This document shows, piece after piece, positions 16,828 to 25,668 of a DNA stretch of 32,000 nucleotides. The notes under the pieces are model-generated. The model was not told the origin of the DNA. It did no database searches and worked only from the letters and a program-made list of their open reading frames with translations. Source of the DNA: Exiguobacterium sp. 9-2 (GTDB lineage: Bacteria; Bacillota; Bacilli; Exiguobacteriales; Exiguobacteriaceae). The stretch spans positions 1,163,127-1,195,126 of the forward strand of contig NZ_CP142850.1 in the NCBI RefSeq assembly GCF_036287235.1. The letters are read 5' to 3'. Both the position numbers and the translations under genes were made by a program. Position 1 is the first letter of the stretch. Each line of letters begins with the position of its first letter.

Positions 16828-17490
16828 ATGAAAACGACACGAGAGATCATCATTGAACGCGCGCTTCAGGAAGTTGAAGACGGGATGTACGTCAACCTCG
16901 GGATCGGGATTCCGACATTGATCGCCAATGCGATTCCGGACGATATGCATGTCATGCTGCAATCCGAAAACGGACTGCTTGGCATCGGACCGTATCCACT
17001 TGATCATGAAGTTGATGCGGACGAGATCAATGCCGGCAAAGAGACAGTCACAGCACAATCCGGAGCTTCTTACTTCGACAGTGCTGAATCGTTCGCGATG
17101 ATTCGCGGTGGGCACATCGACCTCGCGATCCTTGGCGGTATGGAAGTCGATCAGAACGGTGACCTCGCGAACTGGATGATTCCGGGCAAGATGGTCAAGG
17201 GCATGGGCGGAGCGATGGACCTCGTCAACGGAGCGAAACGCGTCGTCATCATCATGGAGCATGTCAACAAACACGGCGAATCGAAAGTCAAACAGTCGTG
17301 TACCTTGCCGTTGACAGGACGCGCCGTCGTCAACCGTCTGATTACGGACCGGGCCGTCTTTGATTTCACGCCGGACGGGATGGTCTTGATCGAGACGCTG
17401 AATGGTCATACGGTCGAAGACGTCAAACAAGTCACGGAAGCACGATTCACGGTCAGTCCGGAACTCGAGCGCGTGACGGTAGGGGAGTGA
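16828..17490 (+). CDS. scoB: 3-oxoacid CoA-transferase subunit B
   Basis: ATG 16828 with SD gaggagga upstream. Catalytic SENG motif ([12 protein letters not shown]). The track start at 16759 overlaps scoA. Confidence 0.92.
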   Translation: MKTTREIIIERALQEVEDGMYVNLGIGIPTLIANAIPDDMHVMLQSENGLLGIGPYPLDHEVDADEINAGKETVTAQSGASYFDSAESFAMIRGGHIDLAILGGMEVDQNGDLANWMIPGKMVKGMGGAMDLVNGAKRVVIIMEHVNKHGESKVKQSCTLPLTGRAVVNRLITDRAVFDFTPDGMVLIETLNGHTVEDVKQVTEARFTVSPELERVTVGE

Positions 17491-17495
17491 AGCAG

Positions 17496-18272
17496 ATGGT
17501 CAAAGGAGATATCGTACTCGTCACAGGTGCAGGAAGCGGAATTGGTCTAGAAATCTCAAAGGCGTTCGCTGAGGCAGGAGCGAAAGTCGTCGTAACGGAC
17601 GTCCGCGCGGAAGCAGCAGAGGAAGCAGCGGCAGCGATTCGCGGAGCTGGTCATGAAGCAGTCGGGATGACGTTAAACGTCACCGATGAAGCACAGGTCG
17701 AAGCCGTCTTGAAGCAGACGGTCGAACAGTTTGGTCGACTTGACGTCTTGATCAACAACGCGGGTCTTCAACACGTCTCACCAATTGAAGAGTTTCCGAC
17801 AGAGAAGTTCGAATTGATGATTAAGATCATGTTGACGGCACCGTTCATGGCCATCAAACATGCTTTTCCGATCATGAAGGAACAAGGCTACGGACGTATT
17901 CTCAACATGGCATCGATCAATGGTTTAATCGGTTTTGCTGGGAAAGCAGCATATAACTCGGCGAAGCATGGATTGCTTGGTCTAACGAAGGTCGCAGCCC
18001 TTGAAGGAGCGGAATACGGGATCACCGTCAACGCGATTTGTCCGGGTTACGTCGATACACCACTCGTTCGTAATCAAATGGAAGACTTAGCGAAAACGCG
18101 ACACGTCGAGCTTGAGAAGGTACTTGAAGAAGTCATCTATCCGCTCGTTCCGCAAAAACGTCTGCTTGCTGTCGAGGAGATTGCAGATTATGCATTGTTC
18201 CTTGCGAGCCGCAAAGCAAAAGGCATCACTGGACAAGCGAACGTCCTTGATGGTGGATACACGATTCAATAA
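17496..18272 (+). CDS. bdhA: 3-hydroxybutyrate dehydrogenase (SDR)
   Basis: TGAGSGIG cofactor motif and YNSAK catalytic motif. ATG 17496 lies 8 nt after aggggag. GTG 17487 is an alternative start. Confidence 0.88.
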   Translation: MVKGDIVLVTGAGSGIGLEISKAFAEAGAKVVVTDVRAEAAEEAAAAIRGAGHEAVGMTLNVTDEAQVEAVLKQTVEQFGRLDVLINNAGLQHVSPIEEFPTEKFELMIKIMLTAPFMAIKHAFPIMKEQGYGRILNMASINGLIGFAGKAAYNSAKHGLLGLTKVAALEGAEYGITVNAICPGYVDTPLVRNQMEDLAKTRHVELEKVLEEVIYPLVPQKRLLAVEEIADYALFLASRKAKGITGQANVLDGGYTIQ

Positions 18273-18285
18273 GGAGATGGAGCAG

Positions 18286-19476
18286 ATGAGTGAAGCAGTC
18301 GTCATCGTCAGTGCGACGCGCACGGCGATCGGGAATTTCAATGGAAGTTTGAAGGACGTCAAAGCAACGGAACTCGGAGCGACAGTCATTCGCGCGGCAC
18401 TTGAAAAAGCTGGTGTCGCAGGAGATCACGTCGACGAAGTCTTTTTCGGTAACGTCCTCTCAGCAGGACTTGGTCAAAATCCAGCTCGGCAGGCAGCCCT
18501 CGCTGCCGGGTTACCGGAGACATGTCCAGCGATGACCGTCAATAAGGTCTGCGGATCCGGTCTCTCAGCCGTCCATCTCGCGTATCAGGCGATCAAGTCG
18601 GGCGAAGCCGATGTCATCGTTGCTGGTGGGATGGAGAACATGAGTCAAGCACCTTACGTCCTCGCGGGCGCACGGTCTGGACTAAAGATGGGTGACCAAC
18701 CACTCGTCGATACGATCATCCAGGACGGGCTCGAATGTGCCTTTAATGACTATCATATGGGGATCACGGCAGAGAATTTAGCAGACGTCTACGAACTTTC
18801 CCGCGAAGCGCAGGATCAGTTCGCCGCGACGAGTCAGCAAAAAGCGCAGACGGCATTAGCGGAAGAACGGTTCGTCTCAGAAATCACGCCAGTGCTGATT
18901 CCACAACGAAAAGGCGATCCGATCCGTTTTGATCAAGATGAGTTTCCGCGCGCCGGAACGTCCGTCGAAACGCTCAGTCGTTTGCGCCCGGCGTTTAAGA
19001 AGAACGGAACGGTCACGGCAGGCAATGCATCTGGCATCAATGACGGGGCTGCGGCGCTCGTCATCATGTCAGAGGCGAAGGCGAAAGAACTCGGCGTGAC
19101 ACCACTCGTTGAGATCGTCGCGAACGGAACGTCCGGTGTCGACCCGAGCATCATGGGAATCGGTCCCGTCCAAGCGGTCCAAAAGGCACTCAATAAAGCA
19201 GGTTTAACGCTTGAGGAGATCGATGTCATCGAAGCGAACGAAGCATTCGCGGCACAATCTCTCGCGGTCGATGCGGAGCTACAGTTCCCGCATGAGAAGC
19301 TCAACCGCAATGGCGGTGCGATCGCGCTCGGTCATCCGATCGGTGCGAGCGGTGCGCGGATTCTCGTCACGCTGATCCATGAACTCGAGCGGACGGGTGA
19401 GACGCATGGTCTTGCGACGTTATGCGTCGGTGGCGGTCAAGGGGTGGCGACGATCGTTAAAAAATACGAAGGTTAA
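18286..19476 (+). CDS. Acetyl-CoA C-acetyltransferase (thiolase II)
   Basis: ATG 18286 lies 9 nt after aaggag. Motifs [29 protein letters not shown] and CVGGGQG. Confidence 0.92.
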   Translation: MSEAVVIVSATRTAIGNFNGSLKDVKATELGATVIRAALEKAGVAGDHVDEVFFGNVLSAGLGQNPARQAALAAGLPETCPAMTVNKVCGSGLSAVHLAYQAIKSGEADVIVAGGMENMSQAPYVLAGARSGLKMGDQPLVDTIIQDGLECAFNDYHMGITAENLADVYELSREAQDQFAATSQQKAQTALAEERFVSEITPVLIPQRKGDPIRFDQDEFPRAGTSVETLSRLRPAFKKNGTVTAGNASGINDGAAALVIMSEAKAKELGVTPLVEIVANGTSGVDPSIMGIGPVQAVQKALNKAGLTLEEIDVIEANEAFAAQSLAVDAELQFPHEKLNRNGGAIALGHPIGASGARILVTLIHELERTGETHGLATLCVGGGQGVATIVKKYEG

Positions 19477-19481
19477 CTAAT

Positions 19482-19527
19482 AAAGCACGAGACGAAGGAG
19501 ATTGATGCACCCGTTGTCTCGTGCTTT
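19482..19527. terminator. Bidirectional terminator
   Basis: aaagcacgagac (19482-19493) pairs perfectly with gtctcgtgcttt (19516-19527). Confidence 0.85.
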
Positions 19528-19534
19528 ATTGATT

Positions 19535-20125
19535 TTAGCGAATCGTTAATTTTTTCTTGTAACTGCTTTTTTCAAGAATTTGCACAGAGGACATCCGTGA
19601 CCATTCCTTCAAGGAGATCTCGGGATGTTGTTTCATGAAGTCGGAGACGATCATGTAGCCGAGTCTGTATTTCGTGAACGATGGAATTTGTTTTTCGTAA
19701 TTTCCAAAGAACAGATCATCCGTCGTCAATCGTTCCGCATTCAGCTCCGAAATCACATGCTCCAAGGAGTGGTCAAGTAAAGGGGCAATCGCTTCCGATG
19801 ATTCCATTGGATAAAGCTTATGGGCAAAGAATTCCGCTTTTCCTTCGAGAATGATGTAATCGAGTATTGTCGCACGATTCGGCTCATCGAGGGCTACGGT
19901 ATGATGGTATTCATGCGCCGTCGTATTGAGTAATGACTCTTTCGAAAAATCCTTCAAGAAGAACAGACTCATCGAATTGTTTCCTTGAGCGACACCGCTG
20001 ACACCACCATAACGTTTGGCATCATCATGTTCGAGTGGTGTCGTTGGGGAGACGAAGACAACGAGCTTCTCATCCCGTGGAAGTTGTTTCATCGAAGTCA
20101 GGAGACTGGACTTGATCTGTTTCAT
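19535..20125 (-). CDS. Putative Zn-dependent protease domain protein (DUF2268-like), HExxH = HEYHH; possibly the C-terminal part of a split gene
   Basis: From the ORF track. AHEYHHTV motif. No signal peptide, and no SD within 20 nt upstream. The start overlaps the upstream stop (ATGA). Confidence 0.65.
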   Translation of the reverse strand: MKQIKSSLLTSMKQLPRDEKLVVFVSPTTPLEHDDAKRYGGVSGVAQGNNSMSLFFLKDFSKESLLNTTAHEYHHTVALDEPNRATILDYIILEGKAEFFAHKLYPMESSEAIAPLLDHSLEHVISELNAERLTTDDLFFGNYEKQIPSFTKYRLGYMIVSDFMKQHPEISLKEWSRMSSVQILEKSSYKKKLTIR

Positions 20126-20466
20126 GATGTGCTGATGGTGTTTTTCAAATATGTATTCATCTGTTTTAAGTCCTTGATGTTTTCCGAAGGCTGTTCATAG
20201 ATGCTAGGAACAGGCATGGCTTGGAGCTGTTCTTTTTTGATGACGTCATTTTTAGCGCCCAATACGTATTTTTTATATAGTGCCTCATTGTCCTCTGGCT
20301 GTTTCGAAACCGCTTGAATGTAGTCGTCATACGCCTTATACAAAGGAACGATGTGGATCTCTTGTTTCTCGTGCGTAAACGAAATGTCATACGTCTTTGG
20401 TTTCTCGGCAGCCGGAGAACAACTGGCAAGTAAAAGGGTGACGCTAAGAAAATAGATGGATTTCAT
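20122..20466 (-). CDS. Lipoprotein, 114 aa (possible N-terminal part of the split protease gene)
   Basis: SD aggagg upstream. Signal peptide plus lipobox LLASC. Confidence 0.65.
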   Translation of the reverse strand: MKSIYFLSVTLLLASCSPAAEKPKTYDISFTHEKQEIHIVPLYKAYDDYIQAVSKQPEDNEALYKKYVLGAKNDVIKKEQLQAMPVPSIYEQPSENIKDLKQMNTYLKNTISTS

Positions 20467-20619
20467 GAGAATACCTCCTGTTTAATTATCCATATATTTA
20501 CTTTCCATAAAAAATGTCATTCTCCTACTACGTCAGATGAACTTATGAATCCGGTTTCATACTTTGACGCGAAGACGTACCAGATTCTTTAAACTAAAGT
20601 GGAATCAAACTTTCTGCCA

Positions 20620-20634
20620 AATTTTCAGAATATT
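20620..20634 (+). promoter_or_regulatory. CodY-box-like site AATTTTCAGAATATT
   Basis: Matches 14/15 positions of AATTTTCWGAAAATT. Lies 112 nt upstream of the brnQ start. Confidence 0.5.
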
Positions 20635-20745
20635 CTCCAGATAAACTCCTAGCACGAGCTCCTAAACGTATGTTATCCTTTCGAACGAAGTACTTCATCT
20701 GCTTAGGGAGCGGATGAAGTCGGAAATCATCAGTGGGGGTTTATT

Positions 20746-22086
20746 ATGTCTAAAACTGTTCCAACATCATTTATCATCGTCATCGGCATGATGCTCTTCG
20801 CCTTGTTCTTTGGGGCAGGAAATCTCATCTTTCCGCCGATGCTCGGACAGCTCGCAGGGGAGCATGTCTGGGTTGCCAATGCCGGATTCCTTGTCACTGG
20901 TGTCGGTCTACCATTGCTTGCGATTCTCGCATTCGCGTTTTCAGGGGAACGCGATCTACAAGCGATGGCGTCACGTGTTCATCCTGCTTTCGGAATCGGG
21001 TTCTCGGTCATCTTGTATCTCGCGATTGGACCATTCTTCGCAATTCCACGTGCCGGAACGGTCTCGTATGAGATCGGAATCAAGCCGTTCTTCAGTGAAT
21101 CGACGAGCCATTTGCCGTTACTGATCTTTACGATTTTGTTTTACACAATTGCTTGTCTATTGTCCTTAAACCCAACAAAGATCGTCGATGTCGTCGGGAA
21201 AGTACTGACACCGATTAAAATCACGTTCATTGGTCTCTTGATCATCGTTGCCGTCCTGCATCCAATCGGAAGTTTTCAGAATCCTTTGAAGACATATCGA
21301 ACAAATGCTTTCTTTAATGGTTTCCAAGAAGGATATATGACACTCGATGCGCTTGGTGCCTTTGTCTTCGGTATCATCATTATCGCAGCGATCAAGGAAA
21401 AAGGTGTCACTTCGAAGCGGCAGTTGCTGCTGATTTGTACGAAAGCCTCGTTGATTGCCGCAGCCTTGCTTGCAATCACATACACGGCGCTTGCCTTCAT
21501 GGGCGCGTCAAGTGTCTCTGAGATCGGACAGCTCGCGAACGGCGCAGAGATTTTGTCTGCTGTGTCGGATCATTACTTCGGTGAGTATGGGGCGATTTTG
21601 CTTGGTCTGATGATCACAGTCGCTTGTATGACGACGAGTGTTGGTTTGATCACGGCGTGTGCCGCGTTTTTCTCGGCACTCGTCCCAAAAATCTCATACG
21701 TCAAATGGACGATTGGTCTATCGGTCTTCAGCGCACTCGTTGCGAACATCGGTCTGAATCAATTACTCGCTGTCTCTAAACCAGTCTTGATGACGCTTTA
21801 TCCACTCGCGATCTGTCTGATCTTCTTAACGTTCTTGCATCCACTCTTTAAAGGGAAGCCAGCCGTGTATCAAGGGGCGCTATGGATGACGTTCCTCGTC
21901 AGCTTGTTTGATGGATTGAAGACAGCAAAAATCAATGTCTCAGCCGTCACGAAAGTGTTTGATGCGGTATTACCGTTTGCTTCTGTCAGTCTCGGTTGGG
22001 TCGTTCCAGCTATCATCGGTGGGATGATCGGAGCGATCGTCGGTAAGAAAAAAGCGGAGACACGATCGTCGTCACGTGTGGCTTAA
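20746..22086 (+). CDS. brnQ: Branched-chain amino acid transport system II carrier (LIVCS family)
   Basis: N-terminal FALFFGAGNLIFPP motif. About 12 TM segments. 446 aa. Confidence 0.9.
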   Translation: MSKTVPTSFIIVIGMMLFALFFGAGNLIFPPMLGQLAGEHVWVANAGFLVTGVGLPLLAILAFAFSGERDLQAMASRVHPAFGIGFSVILYLAIGPFFAIPRAGTVSYEIGIKPFFSESTSHLPLLIFTILFYTIACLLSLNPTKIVDVVGKVLTPIKITFIGLLIIVAVLHPIGSFQNPLKTYRTNAFFNGFQEGYMTLDALGAFVFGIIIIAAIKEKGVTSKRQLLLICTKASLIAAALLAITYTALAFMGASSVSEIGQLANGAEILSAVSDHYFGEYGAILLGLMITVACMTTSVGLITACAAFFSALVPKISYVKWTIGLSVFSALVANIGLNQLLAVSKPVLMTLYPLAICLIFLTFLHPLFKGKPAVYQGALWMTFLVSLFDGLKTAKINVSAVTKVFDAVLPFASVSLGWVVPAIIGGMIGAIVGKKKAETRSSSRVA

Positions 22087-22104
22087 GTTGTCATGTATAA
22101 AGGG

Positions 22105-22145
22105 AAGCGGATTTTTGATCGTATGATCAAAGTCCGCTTTTTTTG
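22105..22145 (+). terminator. Rho-independent terminator after brnQ
   Basis: aagcggatttttgatc / gatcaaagtccgctt stem followed by T7. Confidence 0.8.
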
Positions 22146-22240
22146 TTCACTCGATTGTGGGTTTAAGCATAAGCGGAAACGGCAATTCCTCTACTGTATA
22201 TCATTGACCATCGTGTCCCTTACAGAAAGGATGTTGAAAC

Positions 22241-23350
22241 ATGTCAGAACGTGTCTTCATTAGTCCCTCGAAGTATGTCCAAGGAAAGGATGTCATTGAC
22301 CGGCTCGGTACATATGTGAGCCCGTTCGGTGAAAAAGCGCTCGTCATCGCGGACGATGTCGTCTGGAAAATCGTAAAGGAACGTGTCGAGCAGTCGCTGT
22401 CCGGAGAAAACGTCAGCATCGAGAAGGCAGACTTTAGTGGTGAAGCCTCACGGCATGAAGTAAAACGAATCGCTGAGCAAGCAAAAGCAGCGGATGTTCG
22501 TTTCGTCATGGGAGTTGGGGGTGGAAAGACGCTCGACACAGCAAAAGCCGTCTCGGATGAGCTGAACGTGTCCGTCGTCATCGTACCGACCCTTGCTTCG
22601 ACCGATGCACCGACGAGTGCTCTGTCCGTCATCTATTCCGACGAAGGGATTTTCGAAAGCTATCGTTTCTATAAGAAGAATCCCGATCTTGTTCTCGTCG
22701 ATACGAAACTGATTGCCCAAGCGCCAGCACGTTTCTTCGCGTCCGGAATTGCCGATGCACTCGCGACGTGGGTCGAAGTTCGAAGTGTCGTCGCCTTTGG
22801 TGGACAGACGATGGCGGGAGGACGACCGACAATTGCGGCACAAGCGATTGCCAAACGTTGTGAGGAAGTCTTGTTCGAGCACGGGCGTCTGGCGTACGAA
22901 TCCGTTCAGGCACAAGTCGTAACACCAGCACTCGAAGCCGTCGTCGAAGCGAATACCCTCTTAAGTGGGCTCGGCTTTGAAAGTGGGGGACTAGCAGCGG
23001 CGCATGCGATTCATAATGGCTTTACGGCACTTGACGGTGAGATTCACCACCTGACGCATGGAGAAAAGGTCGCCTTTGGTACACTCGTCCAGTTGGCGCT
23101 CGAAGAACATCCACAAGAAGAAATCGAGCGCTATATCGCGCTTTACACGGATCTTGGTTTACCGGTGACACTCGAGGACGTCAAGCTAAAGGATGCGTCA
23201 CGTGAAGATATCGTCAAAGTCGGAGAGGCAGCAACTGCTGAAGGTGAGACGATCCACAGCGGATTCAACGTTACGGCGGACGAAGTCGCGGATGCGATCA
23301 TCGCAGCCGATCGCTATTCAAAAGCGTATCAAGCAAAACGAAAACAATAA
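22241..23350 (+). CDS. gldA: Glycerol dehydrogenase (iron-containing ADH family)
   Basis: Near-collinear with the Geobacillus GldA sequence as I remember it ([38 protein letters not shown]). Confidence 0.92.
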   Translation: MSERVFISPSKYVQGKDVIDRLGTYVSPFGEKALVIADDVVWKIVKERVEQSLSGENVSIEKADFSGEASRHEVKRIAEQAKAADVRFVMGVGGGKTLDTAKAVSDELNVSVVIVPTLASTDAPTSALSVIYSDEGIFESYRFYKKNPDLVLVDTKLIAQAPARFFASGIADALATWVEVRSVVAFGGQTMAGGRPTIAAQAIAKRCEEVLFEHGRLAYESVQAQVVTPALEAVVEANTLLSGLGFESGGLAAAHAIHNGFTALDGEIHHLTHGEKVAFGTLVQLALEEHPQEEIERYIALYTDLGLPVTLEDVKLKDASREDIVKVGEAATAEGETIHSGFNVTADEVADAIIAADRYSKAYQAKRKQ

Positions 23351-23356
23351 GAAAAA

Positions 23357-23385
23357 ATAACCCTTGCCGAGACGGCGAGGGTTAT
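23357..23385. terminator. Bidirectional terminator between gldA and the M23 gene
   Basis: ataaccct (23357-23364) pairs with agggttat (23378-23385), with inner pairs gccg/cggc. Confidence 0.8.
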
Positions 23386-23392
23386 TGTCATT

Positions 23393-24337
23393 TTACAGAT
23401 AATCGAGTGGATTGACACTGCTACCAGCAGAAGTTGCGCTGTAGACGTACGATCCTTTATGGAGTTCAAAATGTAAATGTGTTCCGAAAGCGTTACCTGT
23501 CTCGCCAACTGTTCCGATCTTTTGACCTTGCGTGACGGTTTGACCGACCGAGACCGAGCGGCTATTCATATGTGCATACAGACTGATGAACGGCGATCCG
23601 TTGATCGTATGTGAAACCATGACATAGTTGCCGTACGCGCCTTTGAGCTGAGACGTAATGACTTTACCACTTGCTGTCGCATAGACTGGTGTACCTTTTG
23701 CTGCACCATAATCGATCCCGTTATGGAATGTGTAACCATAAGCACCACTAGAAGGTCCATAACCTTGCGTGATCGGACCGCTCGTTGGCGTCGCGAAGTT
23801 CTTTGATGTCGACGTTGACGCTTTTGATGCGCCACTGCTATTCGTCAGTGTCAAAACAGCGTATTTCGAGACATAGTCCGCATGGACGAATCGTTTATCT
23901 CCACCGTATAAGAACTTGATCCAATCGCCTGTACGACCGAGGTAGCGGAACGTTTCGCCCTTATCGACACTTCCGACGACTGTACTGCTCGTTGAACTGC
24001 TGCTACGAACACGAAGGTTGTCGACATTGACTTTAATCTTATAGATACGTGTTACAGAATATTTTTTAACATATGTAGAAGAAACATAGACTTTTTTTGA
24101 ACCGTACAGAATTTTCGTCCAGTTGCCTGTCCGTCCGAGATACTTATATGTATCACCTTTTTCAAAGCTCGTGACCGTACCGTATGATGTCGAAGGACCC
24201 GTTCGAGCACGCAAACCGTCCTCCATGACTTTCACCTTATAGAACGTCGTTGCTGCATCCGCACGTGGTATGGCAAACGAAGCAAAACTTGCCACAGCGA
24301 TGGCTGTCGCTGAAACACCTTTCCAAAAACCATGCAT
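23393..24337 (-). CDS. Secreted M23 metallopeptidase with two SH3b-like repeats
   Basis: Signal peptide present. Two about 65-aa repeats (YKVKV..LRARTGPS..YLGRTGNWTKILYG and YKIKV..LRVRSSSS..YLGRTGDWIKFLYG). M23 motifs FHNGIDYG and HLHFELH. Confidence 0.88.
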   Translation of the reverse strand: MHGFWKGVSATAIAVASFASFAIPRADAATTFYKVKVMEDGLRARTGPSTSYGTVTSFEKGDTYKYLGRTGNWTKILYGSKKVYVSSTYVKKYSVTRIYKIKVNVDNLRVRSSSSTSSTVVGSVDKGETFRYLGRTGDWIKFLYGGDKRFVHADYVSKYAVLTLTNSSGASKASTSTSKNFATPTSGPITQGYGPSSGAYGYTFHNGIDYGAAKGTPVYATASGKVITSQLKGAYGNYVMVSHTINGSPFISLYAHMNSRSVSVGQTVTQGQKIGTVGETGNAFGTHLHFELHKGSYVYSATSAGSSVNPLDYL

Positions 24338-24398
24338 GATTCATTCCTCCTGAATATGTAATCTGTGTGACTAAACCGTTATGTAAATTTCATAGATG

Positions 24399-24407
24399 AG
24401 TATAACA
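24399..24407 (-). promoter_or_regulatory. Extended -10 TGtTATACT for the 314-aa M23 gene
   Basis: The reverse complement of agtataaca is tgttatact, about 60 nt upstream of the start. Confidence 0.45.
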
Positions 24408-24563
24408 TTTACGAAAATGTTTAAATGTTACATTCACATTTCGATATTATTTCAATAAATTATATTTAAAGACATTAATTTTGTTTGTTTTCCATTTATC
24501 CATAAATTCCTTTGACAAGATTGGATGGAATTGGATATGATGAAATGCCCATTAAAAATAAGA

Positions 24564-24587
24564 AAGGTACCCCGGTTGAGGTACCTT
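24564..24587 (-). terminator. Terminator of the 246-aa M23 gene
   Basis: aaggtacc / ggtacctt stem. T-rich on the minus strand after it. Confidence 0.7.
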
Positions 24588-24593
24588 AAATGC

Positions 24594-25334
24594 TTATAAA
24601 AAGGCGAGTGGATTGACGCTGTTTGCTGCAGAAGTACCGCTATAGACATAGTTACCGCGATGGATTTCGAAGTGAAGATGAGCACCTGTCGAGTTTCCTG
24701 TACTGCCGACTGCACCGATCGTTGCGCCTTTCGGGATCGTTTGACCGACGAAGACAGAGCGTTTGCTTAAGTGAGCGTATACCGTTGTGTACGAAATACC
24801 GTGCACTTTATGTTTGACCATGACATGGTTTCCATATGCTCCTTGGTAAGACGATGTGACAACTTTACCTGCCGCTGCTGCATGAACGGGCGTTCCGATT
24901 GGTGCACCAAAGTCGACGCCGTTATGGAACGTGTAGCCGAAGATGCCGCTAGTTTTTCCATAACCTTGTGTTACTGGACCGCTTGTCGGACGCGAGAAGC
25001 CATTTGATGAAGTCGAGAATGAGGCTTTCTTCGCTGTATGACCAGAAACGCGATATTTTTTCACATAACCTGAGTAGACGTAACGCTTATGTCCTTTATG
25101 AAGAATTTTTGTCCAGTTTCCGCGATGACCCAAGTATTTGAAAGTCTGTCCCGAATTGACGCCGTCGACGATCCGGTATTTAAGAGATGGGCCAGTGCGA
25201 ACGCGGAGTCCGTCTGCTTTGATTTTTACTTTGTACGTAGATTTCGTAGCTGCGTCAACCTTACCTGTACCCGTAGCTGCAAAACCTGAAACAACGAGCG
25301 CGCTCATTGCAAGTGTCGTGATTGTTCTTTTCAT
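24594..25334 (-). CDS. Secreted M23 metallopeptidase with one SH3b-like domain (paralog of the neighbour)
   Basis: Signal peptide present. SH3b-like YKVKIKADGLRVRTGPS..YLGHRGNWTKILH. M23 motifs FHNGVDFG and HLHFEIH. Confidence 0.88.
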   Translation of the reverse strand: MKRTITTLAMSALVVSGFAATGTGKVDAATKSTYKVKIKADGLRVRTGPSLKYRIVDGVNSGQTFKYLGHRGNWTKILHKGHKRYVYSGYVKKYRVSGHTAKKASFSTSSNGFSRPTSGPVTQGYGKTSGIFGYTFHNGVDFGAPIGTPVHAAAAGKVVTSSYQGAYGNHVMVKHKVHGISYTTVYAHLSKRSVFVGQTIPKGATIGAVGSTGNSTGAHLHFEIHRGNYVYSGTSAANSVNPLAFL

Positions 25335-25452
25335 GAATGTTCCTCCTTGATGTAAATCGAGATCTTGTCGGAAATGACATGTATATAGAATGTGTGTGGT
25401 GTAAAGTGTGGTGAATTGAAGTAGATGATGCTGTCGTCATTTGACTAACGAG

Positions 25453-25461
25453 AGTATAGCA
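25453..25461 (-). promoter_or_regulatory. Extended -10 TGcTATACT for the 246-aa M23 gene
   Basis: The reverse complement of agtatagca is tgctatact. The context ttttcaatgctatactc parallels the paralog's ttttcgtaaatgttatactc. Implies an about 115-nt leader. Confidence 0.45.
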
Positions 25462-25529
25462 TTGAAAAGTCAGACGTTTGTATTTCAATTCGATTGCTTA
25501 GATATATTTTAATAACAATTCTTGTAATG

Positions 25530-25545
25530 TTGAATATATATTCAA
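25530..25545. repeat. Perfect 16-bp palindrome TTGAATATATATTCAA in a divergent intergenic region
   Basis: Read directly from the sequence. The 18-mer 25529-25546 matches 17/18 positions of the ARG-box consensus TNTGAATWWWWATTCANW. Confidence 0.5.
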
Positions 25546-25668
25546 TCTCAGAATCCCTTAAAATCAAGATGAATCCGTGTTACAACGAGATGAATTTGAT
25601 GACAAAACGCAATCGTGGGAAATGATGAGAAAGTATGGGAATCTAATAAAAAGAGAGTAGGTAATGAG

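Noticed and set aside
16639-17430. 263-aa ORF antisense to scoB, the longest unexplained ORF in the track
   Set aside because: It lies entirely opposite a strongly conserved CoA-transferase B gene (SENG motif). It has no SD, and its Arg/Asp/His/Val-rich composition is typical of antisense frames in G+C-rich codon usage.
18112-18285. Upstream extension of the thiolase ORF
   Set aside because: It overlaps the bdh gene. The conserved thiolase N-terminus ([16 protein letters not shown]) begins at ATG 18286, 9 nt after aaggag.
20467-20745. Possible T-box or other riboswitch in the long brnQ leader
   Set aside because: I looked for the T-box core (GGGTGGTACCGCG-like) and a terminator/antiterminator pair and found neither. 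There is only a 7-bp hairpin (cttcatc/gatgaag) near the SD.
22201-22931. Antisense and alternate-frame ORFs inside gldA (143, 155, 100, 69, 61 aa); the same pattern occurs inside pepF at 8444-10121
   Set aside because: They are nested in strongly conserved enzymes, have no SD, and have compositions typical of off-frame translation.
25335-25452. c-di-AMP (ydaO-type) riboswitch or WalR boxes upstream of the M23 peptidase genes
   Set aside because: There are no ACGGGGA / GGGGACCCA / CCCGAAUCC-type conserved segments on the gene strand. There is no TGTWAH-N5-TGTWAH pair in either upstream region.
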